Assembly (NCBI GenBank): GCA_049724395.1
Contig: JAUGWO010000066.1
Location: 1-40,802, forward strand
Origin: Spongospora subterranea f. sp. subterranea
Lineage: Eukaryota
Length of the DNA: 40,802 bases
Direction of reading: 5' to 3'
Position numbers and translations under genes: made by a program. Of this stretch, positions 36,801 to 40,802 are shown piece after piece (within the stretch, counting starts at the first letter, position 1; each line of letters begins with the position of its first letter). The notes below the pieces were generated by a model, which worked only from the letters and a program-made list of their open reading frames with translations, ran no database searches and had not been told where the DNA came from.

Positions 36801-37620
36801 GACCTCGTCAACAGTGGACGTGCAATGTATCATTCCCTAAAATCTCCCGGAGCAGTGCAACCTGTCAAGATACCTCTTCTACACTCTACAACAGGGAACT
36901 GCTGGTAATCTAATTGACACCGTTGTTTTTATTCTCCCACAGAAACGGTGGATAACCTGAACAGTTTTGTTGCCGTTACAAAACCGAATGAAAGGGCAAA
37001 TACAGCAGTCGTTTGTTCCAATTGCCTACAGACGGGCCACAACAGGAGATCAAAATCTTGTGCTAAAAACTTATAAAATAATTTCAACAACTTGCAAACG
37101 AAAATAATCTGAATCGACGGACGAAGAAGTCGACTGCAATATCAGCCCTTTCATCAAGTTTTGAACAACGGCATAAAACTGTCCAGAGTGTCCAGCCTTC
37201 TGCAGAGTTTGCCCGATATTTGATTAGCTTGTCTAAGCGTGTCAATTTTCTCATGTGCCACTTGGACGAGTTCAAGCCTGGACGAGTCTTCGCTAAAGCT
37301 GCCACCTCTTAGGGTCTTTTACACTGTCCTAAATCCCAAGCTGCCACCTCTTAAACCCGTAACCCCAACAACCCATAAACCTACCAACCTCGTTAAACCT
37401 TGGGGGTCCACAAACGAGCCAAAGTTGTATTGCTGGACTACAGCCTCCACCAGTCATTTGTATGGCGGGGCCTCTGATTTGAGTCGAATGATTGAATCCA
37501 GTCTTTTGAACGTCATGACTGGTTGAATCCAGTCTTTTCTGTTCGATAGAAAAAACTGGATTCAAAGACTGTCACGCACTTTTTGATCCAGCTTTTTGAT
37601 CCAGTCTTTTCTAGTGGCCC
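33866..37620 (+). mobile_element. Near full-length, degenerate GCM-domain Mutator-like DNA transposon encoding GCM-like domain, DDE transposase, USP-like domain and CCHC knuckle
   Basis: KRCVGVLFC..LRP and C..C..HGH (GCM-like); TDATY, MDFS, GCHVHF, SNPIES (362-aa ORF); NTRYITSLLE; LMGRIY..CHFFAIV..YIYDDL; CSNCLQTGHNRRSKSC; terminal inverted repeats. Confidence 0.82.
33886..33921. repeat. Left inverted-repeat core, exact reverse complement of 37488-37523
   Basis: ACCAGTCATGACGTTCAAAAGACTGGATTCAATCAT vs ATGATTGAATCCAGTCTTTTGAACGTCATGACTGGT. Confidence 0.92.
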
Positions 37621-37638
37621 GATATGGGCCTACAGAAT
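37488..37638. repeat. Right terminal inverted-repeat region built of ATCCAGTCTTTT sub-repeats, followed by an 18-bp direct repeat of 33848-33865
   Basis: Several (G)ATCCAG(T)CTTTT units in both orientations. GATATGGGCCTACAGAAT occurs at 33848 and 37621. Confidence 0.85.
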
Positions 37639-39190
37639 GATATCAACAATCTGCACCTGAACACGTCAAAGGTACCGGTGGAGCAGATGCTTGGACGCAA
37701 GAGGACACCAAATTATTGGCATTAGATTGCCAACAATATGCCCAGGATCACCCCAACGAAGAAATGAGATTCGGCATGTTTACAAATCCGTCATACTCTC
37801 TAATTCCAACTGCCGTTAAAAAAACAAACATCATCCATATATCTGCTGCCTCTTCATCATGAAAGCGGTTGAACAATCATATGTACATAGACTTGGCGGC
37901 AAGTCGGCATTTTGAGCTCCAAATTACGATCCTATTACACCCTTTTTGAAAAAGCAAAGGTATCAAATACTACCAACTTACGAAAACCCAAGCGGTGTGC
38001 TGAGTAGATACGTGTTCAGGACCAATCGAGACGCCCTATCTCAAAGGAAATGCACTTTTCCAAGGAGCACCAAAGCGTTGTTTGCCAAACTTGTCAGAAA
38101 CCAAAGCAAACCGTGACACAATATGATCGTGCTGCTGCGCATCGTTGGTCAAATGAAATGAATACAAACGTCCGCGTCAGCGACGATGGACCTGTCTTAA
38201 CAGTGACGACGATTGATAAACTGAACCGGAACAGGTACTCTTCGTCAGTATTTCAGAGTCGGAGGCTATCTTTCGCTACTAGTATGAGATCCCACTCATG
38301 CAGCCAGTAAAAACGGAACACGAAAAACGGGCAGTGATCCTCAGACAAGATGGTTGACGACATTACGTAAAACAGAATGAGACACTCCGCTACCAGTCAT
38401 TCAAAACATCATCGTAACATTAAAGCCATGCCGATTTACGTACACCACTGCGAAACATAACTGGTACAGTTGGAGAATTAATCTCTGAAACCAATTAATT
38501 GGCCTTCTCAAGCAGAGCGGGTGCTTTGCTAGTACAAGTAAACGATCCGTTGTTGGACTTATCAGCAGTACACTCCCCTTTTTCAGAACGACTGTAGGAG
38601 GGAAGGAGCAAGCGAATTGGAAGGATTTTGCAAGAAGAGATCTCAATATTTGTGGAATATCCTCTTTTAAATTGTCCAAAATTCCCAACTGGCATCAAAA
38701 CTTTTCCATACTACGAGGATTTAGATGTGGCCGGAATCTGGGTTCTGACGAATATCCTGCAGCGACTCGACTTGATAACCCGAACCATCATGAGCAATTC
38801 GCTGATAGAGCTCATCAGTAATTTGACGGCTGGAGTCACTATAGAATTTGATTTGATGCGCTGGGCGTGGACTTCACAGGGATTTTAAAACATAGGTGTA
38901 AATAATAGAGTGCATTGAGTTTACCACAACGACTTTTCAATTGTCGAAATGAACAAAACATTGTGGGATCAATCGTCAAAGAAATACTGTATTTCCTTAT
39001 TAATAAAAAAAAAGATTTTGTTCCGCAAAGGCTACAGTATTTGAAAAGTACAAACAGCAAAAGCTGAACACAAGCACCCTAGAAATTGTCTGCGGCCGCC
39101 TTGTCTGCGTATAGCTCGACGGTGCCATATAAAATGGGGGACGAGAAAAGACTGGTCAAATATATTGACTGGTCATCGAGTTTGTTGGAA

Positions 39191-39905
39191 TGATCAGAAT
39201 GACAAGCTGCGTCAGTTTGGATATGAAATCCACGCCTGCATCGACGGGTGGTCGCGAAAAATCCTGTGGCTTCATGTAGGCGTTTCTAATCGCATCCCGG
39301 AACAGATACTTGCGTATTATATTGATGCAATTGAGCATCACGGCTGTATGCCCTTACGCCAGCGATCTGATCGGGGAGCCGAGAACGCTCTGGCAGCTGC
39401 AATTCAGATGCACTTCAACGGGGAAGATGCCCATATTTACGGGCGATCTGTAGCCAACCAGCGTATCGAAAGCTGGTGGAACCAGATGTACAGTAATGGC
39501 ATCGCTTTTTGGATCGATTTAGCTGATAGTCGTCGTCGGCATTATATAAAGCACTCGCATCAAGCCCATTAAAATAATCGATCCAAAAAGCGATGCCATT
39601 ACTGTACATCTGGTTCCACCAGCTTTCGATACGCTGATTGGCTACAGATCGCCCGTAAATATGGGCATCTTCCCCGTTGAAGTGCATTCTGAATTGCAGC
39701 TGCCAGAGCGTTCTCGGCTCCCCGATCAGATCGCTGGCGTAAGGGCATACAGCCGTGATGCACAATTGCATCAATATAATACGCAAGTATCTGTTCCGGG
39801 ATGCGATTAAAAACGCCTACATGAAGCCACAGGATTTTTCGCGACCACCCGTCGATGCAGGCGTGGATTTCATATCCAAACTGACGCAGCTTGGCATTCT
39901 GATCA
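39191..39905. repeat. Long inverted duplication (arms 39191-39519 and 39576-39905, 56-nt spacer)
   Basis: Arms are reverse complements with about 3 substitutions and one 1-nt indel by eye. Confidence 0.95.
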
Positions 39906-40507
39906 AAATGCCAAAGAGCATTTGGTCCTTCTACATGGTATTCGCGTCGCGTCAGTCGTTGTTTCTTCCTTGAATTGACAGCGTCAGGTGTGATCTTTCG
40001 CTGTGCTGCAGACACCGAATCGCGAGTAACCTGCACATTATAAGCCTCCCTCAAGCGTCTCGTCATCGCACGGCACCCTAAATCTTGGCCATCTCCTCGC
40101 GATTCCACTTGAACCATATCTTCGACAATATCTTGTGGTATGTATTGCCGAATTGATATCCCAGATTCCTGAAGATTCATGATGATGCAGAATGAAATGA
40201 ATTACATTTCAAACCTTAAGAATTGCTTCAAACGAGCGTAAGCTTAAGTTCTCCTGATAAGTTTTCCGAACATGGAATAAACGTCCTTAACTTTCACGCC
40301 ACGTTTGACCAAATCCCGGACGCCGCCGATCCATTCAACGCTGCGGTCAATGGCTGAAAGGGGAACTGGGCGATCCAGCCCAGCTGACTTGATCCATCTC
40401 TGCAAAGTTCGCTGGAAATCCTCTCGCAAGTCCTGAACAATCTTTTCGTTAGACCGATTTAAATACAGCTGATTCTGGATGAAATCGATGACAGCCTGGC
40501 TCGGCAT
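39520..40507 (-). mobile_element. IS3/IS481-like eukaryotic integrase-core transposase, frameshifted and 3'-truncated
   Basis: N-terminal RTLQRWIKSAGL; RREYHVEGPNALWHFDQNAKL..GYEIHACIDGWSR, RSDRGAEN, GRSVANQRIESWW. Confidence 0.85.
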
Positions 40508-40802
40508 AACGACAATCACGAAGTGTTGGAATGTGTGTGAGCAGTGCGGGGCCACATCATGGTTGTGCGGCTGGTTGACCGCGGTAGACTATGGTAGACG
40601 AGTGTAAGATTTTCCTGCGGGGCGGAAGAAAAAAATTCGTGTCCGAGAAAAAAAGGGTCACGCAATTTTTCGTTGCAAGACATTAACGTCACCCCACTGC
40701 GGTTCTCGATTCCTACTAAGTGTATTTCAATGGAGTAATCATCCGGAGTTCTTGTCCAGGTGTCCTCATCCGTATTGTCAGCACGAGAGGTAATATAGTG
40801 TT

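Noticed and set aside
1..40802. Fanzor/TnpB, CRISPR-Cas or other prokaryotic systems
   Set aside because: No RuvC-zinc-finger motifs, operons or repeat-spacer arrays seen.

Overview
Eukaryotic genomic DNA with short GT-AG introns of about 50-115 nt. An outer-arm dynein LC4-like gene implies a flagellated microbial eukaryote; a phytomyxid-like protist is plausible but unproven. Host genes are all on the minus strand: a Net1/Dnt1-N domain + C2H2 protein, dynein LC4-like EF-hand protein, an MBL-fold hydrolase, a CDP-DAG synthase, COQ3, SNU13 and acylaminoacyl-peptidase. They sit among dense, decayed, nested transposons: FLYWCH- and SWIM-type Mutators, Ty3/gypsy relics, PIF/Harbinger, a plant-like mariner and an IS3/IS481-like integrase. 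Three features stand out. (1) Two divergent Mutator-like elements, one with an N-terminal GCM-like domain, have a transposase followed by a USP (peptidase C19)-like deubiquitinase module. (2) A LINE 3' end with a (CATAC)n tail and 13-14 bp TSDs occurs as truncated copies and as the tail of a SINE-like partner. (3) A ~99% identical 330-bp fold-back duplication inside an integrase gene could yield a Mu-killer-like hairpin RNA. All family assignments come from motif recognition by eye, not database searches.
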